A stretch of DNA of 64,000 nucleotides from Candidatus Altimarinota bacterium (lineage in GTDB: Bacteria > Patescibacteriota > Gracilibacteria > UM-FILTER-43-11), in the NCBI GenBank assembly GCA_028281045.1, contig JANQKP010000009.1:129673-193672 (forward strand). The letters are read 5' to 3'. The position numbers and the translations under genes are program-made. Under the pieces are notes generated by a model that ran no database searches, had not been told where the DNA came from, and worked only from the letters and a program-made list of their open reading frames with translations. Shown here piece by piece: positions 41,632 through 51,570 of this stretch (position 1 is its first letter; every line of letters begins with the position of its first letter).

Positions 41632-42006
41632 TTAATTGTTAAAATCTAGAATTAAAAACGGATCCAGCTGCACATTCACGTCAAAATCATGCACAAAGTC
41701 ACCTTCAGAGGCTTCAATTTGAATATCTCTTTCTGGGGCTCCAGAAATACTAATAACACAACTAGCACCGTCTACATTTAGCGTTTCACCAGTATAACCA
41801 TTATCTCTTTTAAGCTGAATTAAAGCTTCCTCAAGACAACCTTCAGCTTTTAGATAAAGCTGCTCAGATTCAAGAATATGAAACGTATTCGCACGGCTAG
41901 AAACCCCTGCAAGAGCAATGGTTAAAGCAATAATACTAATCACTGCCCCCAGAATAATAACGGAAGTCAGTGCAATCGCCCCATGATGTGCTTTAAATAA
42001 TTTCAT
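41632..42006 (-). CDS. PilX-like minor pilus protein (N-terminal TM, no G|F site)
   Basis: 124 aa with HGAIALTSVIILGAVISIIALTIALAG. Sits in the minor-pilin block, and its start overlaps the upstream stop. Confidence 0.6.
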   Translation of the reverse strand: MKLFKAHHGAIALTSVIILGAVISIIALTIALAGVSSRANTFHILESEQLYLKAEGCLEEALIQLKRDNGYTGETLNVDGASCVISISGAPERDIQIEASEGDFVHDFDVNVQLDPFLILDFNN

Positions 42007-42575
42007 TAGTTTTCTTGGCGAACGTTATAAGTAGACTTTGAGCTTAAGCTCGCATTAAAATCTTCGTCTGTATTTGTGCTCACAGCTTCAATCGTTAGCT
42101 CAATTTGCACAGAATCCGGCCCCGAAGCAGCGGTTTTATTCGTAATGACAAAATTCGTCACATCCACATGGTCTGAAGTCACGTCGTAACTATTAAATCC
42201 TTCAGTCATTCTTAATTTACGAATGCTAATTTCTTCATCACCTAAGGTGACGTTCTTGGTGTAGGTATCAAATTCGGTATCTAAAGCATTATCCACCGTC
42301 AGTGTTCCAGGATGAGATAGGAACGTAGAAGCACCCTCATCTACCGTATTAGAATTGCGCACTGTGTCTTTCATAAGCTCCATCGCTTGAGCCATATTCA
42401 CTTTCACTTCACGGTTTAATCTAGTTCTGCTTTCTGTGATTTGAACTTGCCAGAAAAGCTGCACAATAAGTGAAAGTACCACGGCAAAGATTCCGACATA
42501 AAGGATCATTTCAACGAGCGTAAACCCCTGTGTTTTTTTCAAAAAGGTTTTCATTCTATGGCCAATCCGAGGCAT
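42006..42575 (-). CDS. minor (pseudo)pilin, prepilin-type N-terminus
   Basis: 189 aa with …KKTQG|FTLVEMILYVGIFAVVLS. Confidence 0.75.
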   Translation of the reverse strand: MPRIGHRMKTFLKKTQGFTLVEMILYVGIFAVVLSLIVQLFWQVQITESRTRLNREVKVNMAQAMELMKDTVRNSNTVDEGASTFLSHPGTLTVDNALDTEFDTYTKNVTLGDEEISIRKLRMTEGFNSYDVTSDHVDVTNFVITNKTAASGPDSVQIELTIEAVSTNTDEDFNASLSSKSTYNVRQEN

Positions 42576-43050
42576 TTGCGTAGTTATGAATATAGGTTTT
42601 TAATTCCAAAGTGCGGTCTACATCTTCAAAAGGAGACCAAGAAATAGTAATGGTCACTTCTTTAGAATCTGGGTCATTCGTTCCACCAGAAGTCACAATA
42701 TCTCCAAAGGCGTCTCGCTGCACATTAGCAACATTAATCACGCGAGTAATACCTTCGTATGTATCTGAAGCTCCTGAAAAGCTCCAAGCGCCAGAGCCAG
42801 AGGCAAGCCCATGATCTCCGTTCGTGATATTGGCCCAATCGTTACTACGAATCGATTTAACCGCTTCAAAGCTTTCGGTTAAAAGATGGCTAGCCTGCAT
42901 ACGTTTCTGATCTTCATGAACAGAAAGCGGACTACCCACAGCTAAAATCGCCAGGCCTCCGGCAATAATCATAAATAGGGCCACGGCAATCACCAGTTCA
43001 ATAAGAGTAAATCCCTGTGATGTCGTTTTCTTAGTACGAATAATCGACAA
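42556..43050 (-). CDS. minor (pseudo)pilin, prepilin-type N-terminus
   Basis: 164 aa with …TTSQG|FTLIELVIAVALFMIIAGG. It overlaps its neighbours by 20 nt on each side. Confidence 0.75.
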   Translation of the reverse strand: MSIIRTKKTTSQGFTLIELVIAVALFMIIAGGLAILAVGSPLSVHEDQKRMQASHLLTESFEAVKSIRSNDWANITNGDHGLASGSGAWSFSGASDTYEGITRVINVANVQRDAFGDIVTSGGTNDPDSKEVTITISWSPFEDVDRTLELKTYIHNYANASDWP

Positions 43051-43519
43051 GGCCTAGTAAATTAACAGAAATAGCAAAGGTTCCATCTCCTTCTATGTTA
43101 GAGCTCAGGCTGAAAGAACCGTGCTGGTTATTTATTCCTGTTTCTTGGGTAAAAATCATTTCATCTCCTCCACCATTTAGGCTAAGAGAATCAATAGAAA
43201 GCGAAGTTGGCAAAACAATCTGACGATCATAATCCGTGTCTCTAGAAATAAAACTAGCTCCTTTAAACAGGGTATAAGTATTAGGACTAGAAGCATCATC
43301 GAATTTAATGCCCCAAGGCGCATCAAGACGCTGTGAAATCGCATTACGATGAGCTTCACGCATGGTTTCTACCATTTGAATCCCATGATTCTTTACATTT
43401 TGCTTACCGAAAACGTTTCCAATCGCTACCAGCGTTCCAGCAAATAAAATAGAAAGAATAATGATCACTATAATCATTTCTACTAAGGTAAATCCCTTTG
43501 GTTTTATAGCAGAAAACAT
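43031..43519 (-). CDS. minor pilin, GspH/FimT-like
   Basis: 162 aa with …KPKG|FTLVEMIIVIIILSILFAG and a FimT/GspH-like HRNAISQR…YTLFKG segment. Confidence 0.7.
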   Translation of the reverse strand: MFSAIKPKGFTLVEMIIVIIILSILFAGTLVAIGNVFGKQNVKNHGIQMVETMREAHRNAISQRLDAPWGIKFDDASSPNTYTLFKGASFISRDTDYDRQIVLPTSLSIDSLSLNGGGDEMIFTQETGINNQHGSFSLSSNIEGDGTFAISVNLLGLVDYSY

Positions 43520-44595
43520 TAGCGAATATTACCAGTAATAGAGTAAATAGGCCCAAGAATGGAAATAGCTACAAATCCTACAAGTAGGCCTACAAAAATC
43601 AGCAGTATAGGCTCTAGACTCGTCGATAAATTCTTCATTTGGTGATCGGTTTCTTCTTCGAGATAATCTCCAATATATCCGAAAGAAGATTCTAGACCCC
43701 CTGTGTTTTCTCCAAGGGCTAGCATTTTCACAAAAAGATCATCAAAAAGCAGTGGATATTTTTTAATCGCTTCCCCAAGTTGTGATCCTTTTTTAACTAG
43801 AGGAATAATGTCGCGAATCGCATTTTGATAATAGTGATTCGTGATCACATCAGAAGAAATTTCTAGACCCTCATCAATAGGAATTCCACTTCCCAGTAAA
43901 GACTCTAACGTGCGACTAAAACGAGCCATCATGATCTTTCTGTATAAAGATCCCATAAGCGGCATCTTAAGCTGCATGTAATGCGTCACAGGACGTGAAA
44001 ACTTTCTATGGGCCACCCAAACAAGAGCAATCACAGTAAAAATAAAGCCCCAGAACACTTGTCTTCCATAATTTTCAAAGAGCTCTGCAAAGAAAAGAAG
44101 CACTTGAGTTGAAACAGGCAGGTCTATATCTAAGCTTCTAAATAGTGGGAGCAGGTTTGGAAGAATAAAAATCGCTACAGATAGTCCAAGACCAACCACG
44201 GCAATTAAAACAAAGGTTGGATAAGTCATAGCAGACCTCACCTTAAGCTTAAATTCTCTTTCCTTATCCATAATCGTAAAAAGCCTTCCAAGACTTTCTT
44301 CAAGAGATCCAGAAAGCTCACCGGTTTTGATTAGATTCACAAAAAGCGGTGAGAAATATTTCGGATAAAGCGCAAAAGATTCATAAAGGTAGCTCCCTTT
44401 TCTTACATTCTCTGAAATACTTTCTAAAACTTGTTTTAATCTACCTTTAGCCTGCTCTCTAGCAAGATCTAAAGAGTCTGCCACGCCATAACCGGCGCGG
44501 ATTCCAGCATAAAGTTGGCGCACTAGAATTAGGCGGTCCTTGGTAGATACTCCGCCAATAACAATCTCTTTGTTTTTCCAGTTTGTTTTGGCCAT
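43519..44595 (-). CDS. pilC: type IV pilus / T2SS platform protein (GspF/PilC family)
   Basis: Duplicated GspF-type domains and three TM segments. I chose ATG 44595 (MAKTNWKNKEI…), 1 nt after the pilB stop, over the ORF-track start at 44646, which overlaps pilB by 50 nt. Confidence 0.88.
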   Translation of the reverse strand: MAKTNWKNKEIVIGGVSTKDRLILVRQLYAGIRAGYGVADSLDLAREQAKGRLKQVLESISENVRKGSYLYESFALYPKYFSPLFVNLIKTGELSGSLEESLGRLFTIMDKEREFKLKVRSAMTYPTFVLIAVVGLGLSVAIFILPNLLPLFRSLDIDLPVSTQVLLFFAELFENYGRQVFWGFIFTVIALVWVAHRKFSRPVTHYMQLKMPLMGSLYRKIMMARFSRTLESLLGSGIPIDEGLEISSDVITNHYYQNAIRDIIPLVKKGSQLGEAIKKYPLLFDDLFVKMLALGENTGGLESSFGYIGDYLEEETDHQMKNLSTSLEPILLIFVGLLVGFVAISILGPIYSITGNIR

Positions 44596-44596
44596 T

Positions 44597-46489
44597 TTAT
44601 TGATTAAGAACACGGAAGAGCTCGTCGATTGTAGTTGATCCAGCAATCACTTTCTTAAGTCCATCTTCAAGCATTTGAGTCATTCCATTTTTAAGCGCTG
44701 CTGCTTCAATATCAGATTGTTTTGCCGCAGAGGTGATCAGATTTCTAATCTCATCATTAAGCTCCATCACTTCAGCCACCACAGTTCTTCCACGGTAACC
44801 AGTGTGACCACATTTAGTGCAGCCCTTTCCTTTGAAAAGACGCATTTCAGCCCCTTCTGCAAAATAGTTCTCAAACAGGGCCTTCTCCTGGTCTCCATGA
44901 AGGAATTTAGCTTTAAATTCTTTGATATCTTTCTTTGGAAGCTTATAGCTCACCTTACAATCGCTACAAATTTTACGCACAAGGCGCTGAGCCACAATAA
45001 GGTTAAGCGTTGAAACAATCAGGTAAGGATCTAGCCCCATTTGTGCTAGGCGCACTGGTGCTAGCGCTGCATTATTCGTATGTAGCGTGCTAAATACCAC
45101 ATGCCCTGTAAGTGAGGCATGTACTGCAATCTTAGCCGTGTCTAAATTACGAATCTCACCCACCATCAGTACGTCCGGATCTTGGCGAAGCAGAGATTTA
45201 AGCCCATCGGCATAAGTTAAATTTGTTTTAGGATTCACTTGAATCTGATTCAGTCCTTTAAGCCCATATTCAATTGGATCTTCAATAGTAGATATATTAA
45301 TCGCATCAGATTGCAGATCTTTAAGCACGGCATAAAGTGTGGTGGTTTTACCACTACCGGTTGGACCGGTCACTAGAATAAGTCCGTTGGTCTTATTCAT
45401 ATTACGCTCAATAAGTTCACGATCTTTAAAATCGTAACCTAGTTCTTCTAGTGTCAGCTCTTGAGTTTCTGAAGTTAAAAGACGAAGTACAATTTTTTCT
45501 CCGTTGTACGTTGGCAGAATAGAAACACGGAAGTTAATTACCGTTGCTCCATAAGTGATTTTAAAGCGGCCATCTTGGGCGCTGCTATGCTCATCTGTTC
45601 TCAGCTTAGAAAGCACTTTCACATGGTTAACTAGTGTTTCTAAGAATGAAACAGGGAGTGAGGTGATTACAGAAAGTACCCCATCCACTCTAAAACGTAC
45701 TAGAATCTCATCTTCAAAAGGTTCTACATGGATATCTGAAGCATTACGGGTATAAGCCATAAGCACCAGTGTATCGAAAATCGTAGAGATGCTGTTGAGC
45801 GAAGAAAGATTCTGAATATTCTGAGAGGCCTTTTCAATCAGGTGATCCACACTTTCATCAGCCTTTTGCTTATAAATTCTAAGGGCTTTTCTTACATCTT
45901 CTGGGGTGGTGTAATTCACCACAGTTTTCTTACCTAGTTTTTCTTCTATTTTCTTAATGAATTTTTCATCCGCTGGATTCACCATGGCAAGATGCACTTC
46001 GGTGTCTGTTGCCTCATAACTAATCACGCCAGCTTCTTTAGCTACTTTTTCATCGATCAGAAGAATGGTATCTAGAGGCACCTTAGCACTTTTAAGCGGC
46101 ACATAAGTGGTTCTAAAGTAAACCGCAATGGCTTGCCCTACTTCTTTAGGTTTTAGGTAGTTTTTTGCCACAATAATATCTGCAATATTATTCCCCGTTT
46201 TCATATGCTCTTCAATCACGGTAGCTACAGACTCATCGTCTAAAAGCCCCAGCTTTTTAAGATGCGTTAAGATCTTCTTATTGAGCGCCTCATCGTAGCT
46301 AGACATTTCTTCTTCGAAATGACGCACGATGAATCGTCCAATTTTACCGGTTTCTTCTAGCTCAGGAGCTTTTTCTTCAGTGGTTTTTTCCACTTTAGCC
46401 TCCTTGGAAGTAGCTTCCTCAGACAGCTTTTTTTCCTCCTCTTTTTGAGCTTTATCTTTAGTGATTTTTTTCTTGGCGAATTTAGCCAT
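44597..46489 (-). CDS. pilB: type IV pilus assembly ATPase (GspE/PilB family)
   Basis: Walker A GPTGSGKTTT, DPDVLMVGEIRN, His box STLHTN, and a CxxC…CxxC Zn motif. GspE_N-like N-domain preceded by a K/E-rich extension of about 55 aa. Confidence 0.93.
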   Translation of the reverse strand: MAKFAKKKITKDKAQKEEEKKLSEEATSKEAKVEKTTEEKAPELEETGKIGRFIVRHFEEEMSSYDEALNKKILTHLKKLGLLDDESVATVIEEHMKTGNNIADIIVAKNYLKPKEVGQAIAVYFRTTYVPLKSAKVPLDTILLIDEKVAKEAGVISYEATDTEVHLAMVNPADEKFIKKIEEKLGKKTVVNYTTPEDVRKALRIYKQKADESVDHLIEKASQNIQNLSSLNSISTIFDTLVLMAYTRNASDIHVEPFEDEILVRFRVDGVLSVITSLPVSFLETLVNHVKVLSKLRTDEHSSAQDGRFKITYGATVINFRVSILPTYNGEKIVLRLLTSETQELTLEELGYDFKDRELIERNMNKTNGLILVTGPTGSGKTTTLYAVLKDLQSDAINISTIEDPIEYGLKGLNQIQVNPKTNLTYADGLKSLLRQDPDVLMVGEIRNLDTAKIAVHASLTGHVVFSTLHTNNAALAPVRLAQMGLDPYLIVSTLNLIVAQRLVRKICSDCKVSYKLPKKDIKEFKAKFLHGDQEKALFENYFAEGAEMRLFKGKGCTKCGHTGYRGRTVVAEVMELNDEIRNLITSAAKQSDIEAAALKNGMTQMLEDGLKKVIAGSTTIDELFRVLNQ

Positions 46490-46515
46490 TTTTTTAGTTT
46501 TATATTAATCTATAT

Positions 46516-46524
46516 ATTATACCA
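46516..46524 (-). promoter_or_regulatory. possible extended -10 promoter for pilB
   Basis: The minus strand reads TGGTATAAT about 25 nt upstream of the pilB ATG. The -35 is weak (TTTATT). Confidence 0.35.
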
Positions 46525-46573
46525 AAAAAACGCCCAAAAATAAAGGGTTTTTAGCTAGTAAAAGCCAAAAAGC

Positions 46574-46945
46574 TTATTTTCCTAAAAATTCGTGAACAAC
46601 GCGCTTGAGCTCTTCAAGAGTAACGTTAGATTTTTCAAAGAAATCTACAGCTCCTAGGGCAATAACATCTTCTTTTCTAAACTCTTTAGGAAAGTTGGTG
46701 TATACCATGACAGGAGTCTTGTTTTTCTCTTCTTTAAGCCGTTGAAGCACTTCTGTGCCTAGTAAAATAGGCATTTGAAGATCTAAAATAACAAGGTCAA
46801 AAGCGTTTTCTCTAATTAAATCTAGAGTTTTTTGACCATCGCTAGCTTCAGTCACTTCAAAACCTTCTTCTTTAAAGCACTGGCCAATAATCTGCTTTAA
46901 AAAGGAGTCGTCTTCCGCAATTAAAATTTTATGAGAGGTGGGCAT
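46574..46945 (-). CDS. single-domain CheY-like response regulator
   Basis: 123 aa with the full receiver signature: EDD, LVILDLQMP, T in VYTN, K in FFEKS. Confidence 0.9.
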   Translation of the reverse strand: MPTSHKILIAEDDSFLKQIIGQCFKEEGFEVTEASDGQKTLDLIRENAFDLVILDLQMPILLGTEVLQRLKEEKNKTPVMVYTNFPKEFRKEDVIALGAVDFFEKSNVTLEELKRVVHEFLGK

Positions 46946-46963
46946 GGGGCATGGGTTAAATCA

Positions 46964-47326
46964 CTATTTTACTGTATTTTTTACGATTTCAACTAACTCG
47001 TCAATGGCAACATCAGATTTAATATAAAATCCTTTGGCACCAAGTTTCAGCACTTCTTCTTTGTCTTCTTCTTGAGACAAGTTACTAAATACAAACACAG
47101 GAGTTTTATCCTTTCTTTCTGCTAGCTCTTTTAGAACGGCAAAACCGTCTTTTTTGGGCATAATAAGGTCCAGTAGCACCATGGCGTATTTATTCTTTTC
47201 CATAAGCGCTAGGGCTTCTTCACCATCGTTCGCTTGATCTACTTCAAAACCTTCTTCTTTTAATCTATTTGAAGAGATTTTTACTAGGAACGGGTCGTCT
47301 TCTGTGATCAGAATTTTTTTAGACAT
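46964..47326 (-). CDS. single-domain CheY-like response regulator
   Basis: 120 aa with TEDD, MVLLDLIMP, FSN and YIKS receiver residues. Confidence 0.9.
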   Translation of the reverse strand: MSKKILITEDDPFLVKISSNRLKEEGFEVDQANDGEEALALMEKNKYAMVLLDLIMPKKDGFAVLKELAERKDKTPVFVFSNLSQEEDKEEVLKLGAKGFYIKSDVAIDELVEIVKNTVK

Positions 47327-47348
47327 TGGTTTTTAATTTAAATGATAA

Positions 47349-50273
47349 TTAACTGATTTTATGTTGAATGATTTTCTTGTTTCCAGACTTTTTAACTGGT
47401 CCTTTGAGGGGCAGAGTAACAACAAAGGTGCTTCCTTTCCCCTCTTCTGATTCTACACTAATATTTCCATGACAAACATGGAGAATTTTCTTGATGATAT
47501 AGAGTCCAAGCCCAGAGCCGGTCGTAGAGTACTTAGCGGCTTCAGCCGTTCTATAGAACTTCGTGAAGAGTTTCTTTTGATCGTCTTTAGAAATACCAAT
47601 CCCCTGGTCCATAAAGCGCATTTCAACGCCTTTAGGCTTAGAAAGGAGCTCAACGGTCACCTTAGTATTTGGATTACTGTACTTGATTGCATTCGAAACT
47701 AGATTCGCAATCACTTGGCCTATCAGCTGTTGATCTAAACTGATATTAATCTTCTTTTTAGGTACTTTTACAGTGAGCGTTTGCCCCCTATCTTTCGCCA
47801 GAATATTAGCTTCTTGCACGATTTCTTTAATAAGAGCTGGTAAATCGGTAGGCTCAGAAGTCACATCAATAGCCCCTGTTTCCAGGCGTGAAACATTAAG
47901 TAAATCATTCACAAGTTGAATCATACGATGATTCGATTTAAGTGCATCTTCAATGTACTCCTTGTCGTCTTTCTTAAGTTTTCCACGACGAAGCACCTCT
48001 TCAAGAAGCCATTTGATCCCCGTAGATGGGGTACGAAGCTGATGCGAAGCCAGGGAAACGAACTCGCTCTTCGCCTGATCGATCTCTCTTTCCTTGGTGA
48101 TGTCATGGAAAATTGCAATCGCTCCCAGACACGTTTTGCCATGCATAATAGGGGTCGCCGTTACGTCTATGTAAACCTTCACATCTTTAGAGATATAGGC
48201 AATAGGCTTTCTTACTTTTTTCTTCTCTTTAAGGGCTCTATTAATAGGCCAATTCTTAGGCGGAACTGGGTTTCCTTTTAGGTCTTCAACACGTCCTTGC
48301 TCAGATTCTACATGTTTTTCCATTTGAGATTCTTTAATGTTGAACCACTTAAGAATCTCCTGCCCTGAAGGATTGGTGAAGATAATATCTCCCTTGGCGT
48401 CTATGGCTACAATCCCTTCACCCATGTTGTTCAAAATAGCCTCAAGCTTAATTTTTTCCTGGTCTACAAGTGCTTTGGATTTAGTAATATTACGATTACT
48501 TTTTTGTAGCTCTGCCGCGGAAGCTTTAAGATCATCTGCTTTTTGTTTATTTTCTGCAATCAAGGCTTGCAGATTATCTGCCATAAGATCTGTAGCCACC
48601 AGTAGATCTGTAAATTCATCTTCTTCATCTGGAAGCTCTAGGCGCTTAGTGAAATCTCCTAAAGATAAGCTGTGAAGCACCGGAGTAATGGTATCTACCC
48701 TAGTCTTCGCATATTTTTTAAGCACACTCAGGTCATTGATTACGGCTAAGAATCCTACTAGTTCACCGTTTTCATCTTGCAACTTAGCCCCCGTACATTG
48801 AACAGGAATCTTGGTTCCTTTTCTGGTGATGTCTAATGACAATGTTTTACGCCCCTTAGATTGGAATTTTTCCATAAGCACACACTCGTGGTGCTTATCT
48901 CCCTTGTACCGCTTGGTGAGATAGCGACACAAGTGTTTTTCTGCGAGCTGTTTCTTACTTATATCCAGCAGGTCATAAGTCGCTTGATTCGCCGAAATAA
49001 CGGCCCCTGTTTTATCCATTACAATAATAGACTCTGGTACCGTTTCATAAATATTTTCAATCTCGCGAAGCGATGAGGTGAGTTTATCAGCCATATCATT
49101 AAAGGCCTTCGCAAATTCTCCAATTTCATCATTGCTATCTATTCTAGCTCTTTTACTGAGCTTACCTCTTTTAATATCCCTCACCGTACCAGAAAGCCGA
49201 TCAATAGGCCTGGTGAAGAAGCGGGCAAACCAGAATACGAACATAATGGTCACTCCTATCATCACCAAGGCAAAAACCACTACAATTTGGCGTAAAATAA
49301 GAAAGGCTTCTCTGAAAAGATCCTTTGGTACAAAGCGGAAGAGTACCCAGTAGCGATCAGGATCATCTTGATCATACCGAATAGGAATAGAGTAGCTAAT
49401 ATTTCCGTTGGCCTCTGTTACTGTAAGCTCTTTCCCAAAATCAACGTCCTGGAAACCTTCATAGTCAGCTCTAAATTGCTCTCCTGTATTTAAATCAGAG
49501 CTTCCTCCCCATCTTTTTTCCTCTTCAGGGTGAAACAAATAATAACCATCCTGATCAACCAGTAGGGATTCAACCCTGGTCCCAAAAAAAGCATCTCCAA
49601 AAATATCAAATAAGGCTTCCGCATTCACATTAGAAATCACAGCCCCTTTTCTGTTGCCATCCTTATCAAAAATAGGCGCCGCCAATCTAATCATGGGTCT
49701 AATAGGCTGCACAATTTGAGGTGGGCTGCCTTCTTTATTAAGATCTACAGGCGAAATATAAATATTGTCATATTCATGCGTCATCGCCTCCTGAAAATAG
49801 TAGCGTTCCTTTTTATTTTGGAGGTTTTCTTTGGCCACCCTTTCTACAACCCCATTTTTGCTATTTATACGCACTACCTCAAAGCCATTCTCATCAATAT
49901 ATCTAAGCTGAGCGTATTGCGGATGCACCGCCATAAAGCCACTAAAGGCTTCATTAATGCGTTCTATAATGGTTTCTCGATCTACTTCAAAACCAGGAAC
50001 AGTACCTGTTGATTCATCGTAGTTAATCAGGGCTACAACGCCCGGTAATCTAGATATAAAGCGAATTTCTGACTTGAGCTCAAAAAGAAAGAGCTCAATA
50101 CGCATTTCATCCGATCTCAAATTTTCTTCAGCTTCAGCAATCTCATGCTCTACCAGGGCATCTGAAGCGGTTACCATCATCAGCCTAAGACCTGCCCCAA
50201 AAACAATTACGAAAAATATAGCTAGAGTCAGCATTAATTTTTCCCTAATTTTTAGGTGCTTAAATATGCTCAA
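47349..50273 (-). CDS. sensor histidine kinase (TM - dCache-like - TM - HAMP - PAS - HAMP-like - PAS - HisKA - HATPase)
   Basis: 974 aa. H-box SHQLRTPSTG. N/G boxes (NLVSNAIKYS, DQGIGI, GSGLGLYI). HAMP (FTRPIDRLSGTVRDIKRGKL…DEIGEFAKAFNDMADKL). Cache-like periplasmic segment. Confidence 0.92.
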   Translation of the reverse strand: MSIFKHLKIREKLMLTLAIFFVIVFGAGLRLMMVTASDALVEHEIAEAEENLRSDEMRIELFLFELKSEIRFISRLPGVVALINYDESTGTVPGFEVDRETIIERINEAFSGFMAVHPQYAQLRYIDENGFEVVRINSKNGVVERVAKENLQNKKERYYFQEAMTHEYDNIYISPVDLNKEGSPPQIVQPIRPMIRLAAPIFDKDGNRKGAVISNVNAEALFDIFGDAFFGTRVESLLVDQDGYYLFHPEEEKRWGGSSDLNTGEQFRADYEGFQDVDFGKELTVTEANGNISYSIPIRYDQDDPDRYWVLFRFVPKDLFREAFLILRQIVVVFALVMIGVTIMFVFWFARFFTRPIDRLSGTVRDIKRGKLSKRARIDSNDEIGEFAKAFNDMADKLTSSLREIENIYETVPESIIVMDKTGAVISANQATYDLLDISKKQLAEKHLCRYLTKRYKGDKHHECVLMEKFQSKGRKTLSLDITRKGTKIPVQCTGAKLQDENGELVGFLAVINDLSVLKKYAKTRVDTITPVLHSLSLGDFTKRLELPDEEDEFTDLLVATDLMADNLQALIAENKQKADDLKASAAELQKSNRNITKSKALVDQEKIKLEAILNNMGEGIVAIDAKGDIIFTNPSGQEILKWFNIKESQMEKHVESEQGRVEDLKGNPVPPKNWPINRALKEKKKVRKPIAYISKDVKVYIDVTATPIMHGKTCLGAIAIFHDITKEREIDQAKSEFVSLASHQLRTPSTGIKWLLEEVLRRGKLKKDDKEYIEDALKSNHRMIQLVNDLLNVSRLETGAIDVTSEPTDLPALIKEIVQEANILAKDRGQTLTVKVPKKKINISLDQQLIGQVIANLVSNAIKYSNPNTKVTVELLSKPKGVEMRFMDQGIGISKDDQKKLFTKFYRTAEAAKYSTTGSGLGLYIIKKILHVCHGNISVESEEGKGSTFVVTLPLKGPVKKSGNKKIIQHKIS

Positions 50274-50274
50274 A

Positions 50275-51570
50275 TTAAGAATTATTATTTTCTAGCTTTC
50301 TAATTTTTTGTTGAAGAAGATCTATTTCTTTTTCCATGGCCTTCATTTTCTTATGACGCTTCAGATTCAAGCGTCCCATGAACTCCATTTGTTCTACCTT
50401 GTCTTGCAAGGCCCTTTCAGCAATTCTACGCCCTGTAATGTCATGCAAAATAGAGCGTGTTCTAACAAAATTACCGTCTTGGTCGTAAGCGGCCACAGAG
50501 TCTATTTCTACTTCTATTTTTTCTCCTGTTTTTGTCACTACATGACCATGAGGAATATAAATAGCTCCTTCTTTCTTGAGTTTTTCAAAGCCTTTTTTAA
50601 CATCTTTTATAAGCTCAGGTGCATATAGCTTAAACACATCCATGCCAATGAGCTCATCTTCTGTGTAACCCAGCATTTCTATAGATTTACGGTTCACAAA
50701 TAGAATGCGCCCTTTAGCGTCCACAGAGTGAATCATATCGGGAGAGTTTTCTACGATGTCTTTATATCTCGCCTCAGAACCGGTCACTTGTTTTAGGGTT
50801 TCAATCTGATCTGTGATATCCACCAAAATACCCACATAGTGAGTCACTTTTCCGGCATCATTTTTCACAGGTGAAATAGTGAGATCATTCCAAAAAGAGG
50901 TTCCATCTTTTTTGTAGTTATAAAGCTGCAATTTTATAGGCTCCCCTTTTTTAATAGCTTCGCCAATAAGCTTGGCAGAGTCTCCATTAGTGTGTTTACC
51001 CTGTAAAAATCTACAATTTTTACCAAGGACTTCTTCTTTGGTGTAACCCGTAATCTCCGTAAAGGCATCATTACTGTAAATAATAGGATTATCTTTTTGC
51101 TCAGCATCTGTAATAATAATCCCACTCGTTACTGTATCTAAGGCACGCCCCTTAAGCATAAGTTGCTCACTAATTTCAGACATTTCAGTCACATCATGCA
51201 CGATGCTCCGTGTTCTAATGAAGTGATGATTTTTATCGTAAATGGCAATGGAGTCTATTTGCACTTCAATAACGTCTCCATTTCTCTTTAGCATTTTTCC
51301 ATGAGATACATGTAGCTCCCCTTTTTTCTTAAGCACTTTAAACCCCTTTTCCACTTCCTTATACAGCTCTGGAGCATAGATGTCTTTAAGATGTTTCCCA
51401 ATGATCTCAGACCTCTTGTAGCCTAAAACCTTACATTCCTTTTTATTGGCGTAAACAATAAAACCCTTATCATCCACGGAATGAATCATGTCCGGAGAGT
51501 TTTCTACAATGTCTTTATAGCTTTCTCCAAGGTCGAAATCATCTTTTTTATTTTGCATTTTTTTGGCCAT
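50275..51570 (-). CDS. PAS-LOV-PAS photosensor-like protein with C-terminal coiled coil, no output domain
   Basis: The central domain carries GKNCRFLQG with FMN-pocket Asn residues. The flanking PAS domains are duplicates (YKDIVENSPDMIHSVD… occurs twice). I prefer ATG 51570 (MAKKMQNKK…). The ORF-track start at 51591 is a TTG lying at or upstream of the predicted TSS. The stop is 1 nt from the kinase start. Confidence 0.88.
   Translation of the reverse strand: MAKKMQNKKDDFDLGESYKDIVENSPDMIHSVDDKGFIVYANKKECKVLGYKRSEIIGKHLKDIYAPELYKEVEKGFKVLKKKGELHVSHGKMLKRNGDVIEVQIDSIAIYDKNHHFIRTRSIVHDVTEMSEISEQLMLKGRALDTVTSGIIITDAEQKDNPIIYSNDAFTEITGYTKEEVLGKNCRFLQGKHTNGDSAKLIGEAIKKGEPIKLQLYNYKKDGTSFWNDLTISPVKNDAGKVTHYVGILVDITDQIETLKQVTGSEARYKDIVENSPDMIHSVDAKGRILFVNRKSIEMLGYTEDELIGMDVFKLYAPELIKDVKKGFEKLKKEGAIYIPHGHVVTKTGEKIEVEIDSVAAYDQDGNFVRTRSILHDITGRRIAERALQDKVEQMEFMGRLNLKRHKKMKAMEKEIDLLQQKIRKLENNNS
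50806..51144 (-). other. LOV domain (domain-level call)
   Basis: GIIITDAEQKDNPIIYSNDAFTEITGYTKEEVLGKNCRFLQGKHTNGDSAKLIGEAIKKGEPIKLQLYNYKKDGTSFWNDLTISPVKNDAGKVTHYVGILVDIT. The Cys codon is at 51013-51015. Confidence 0.85.

Noticed and set aside
44596-44646. 17-codon N-terminal extension of pilC given by the ORF track.
   Set aside because: It would overlap pilB by 50 nt. ATG 44595 sits 1 nt after the pilB stop and gives a normal GspF-family N-terminus.
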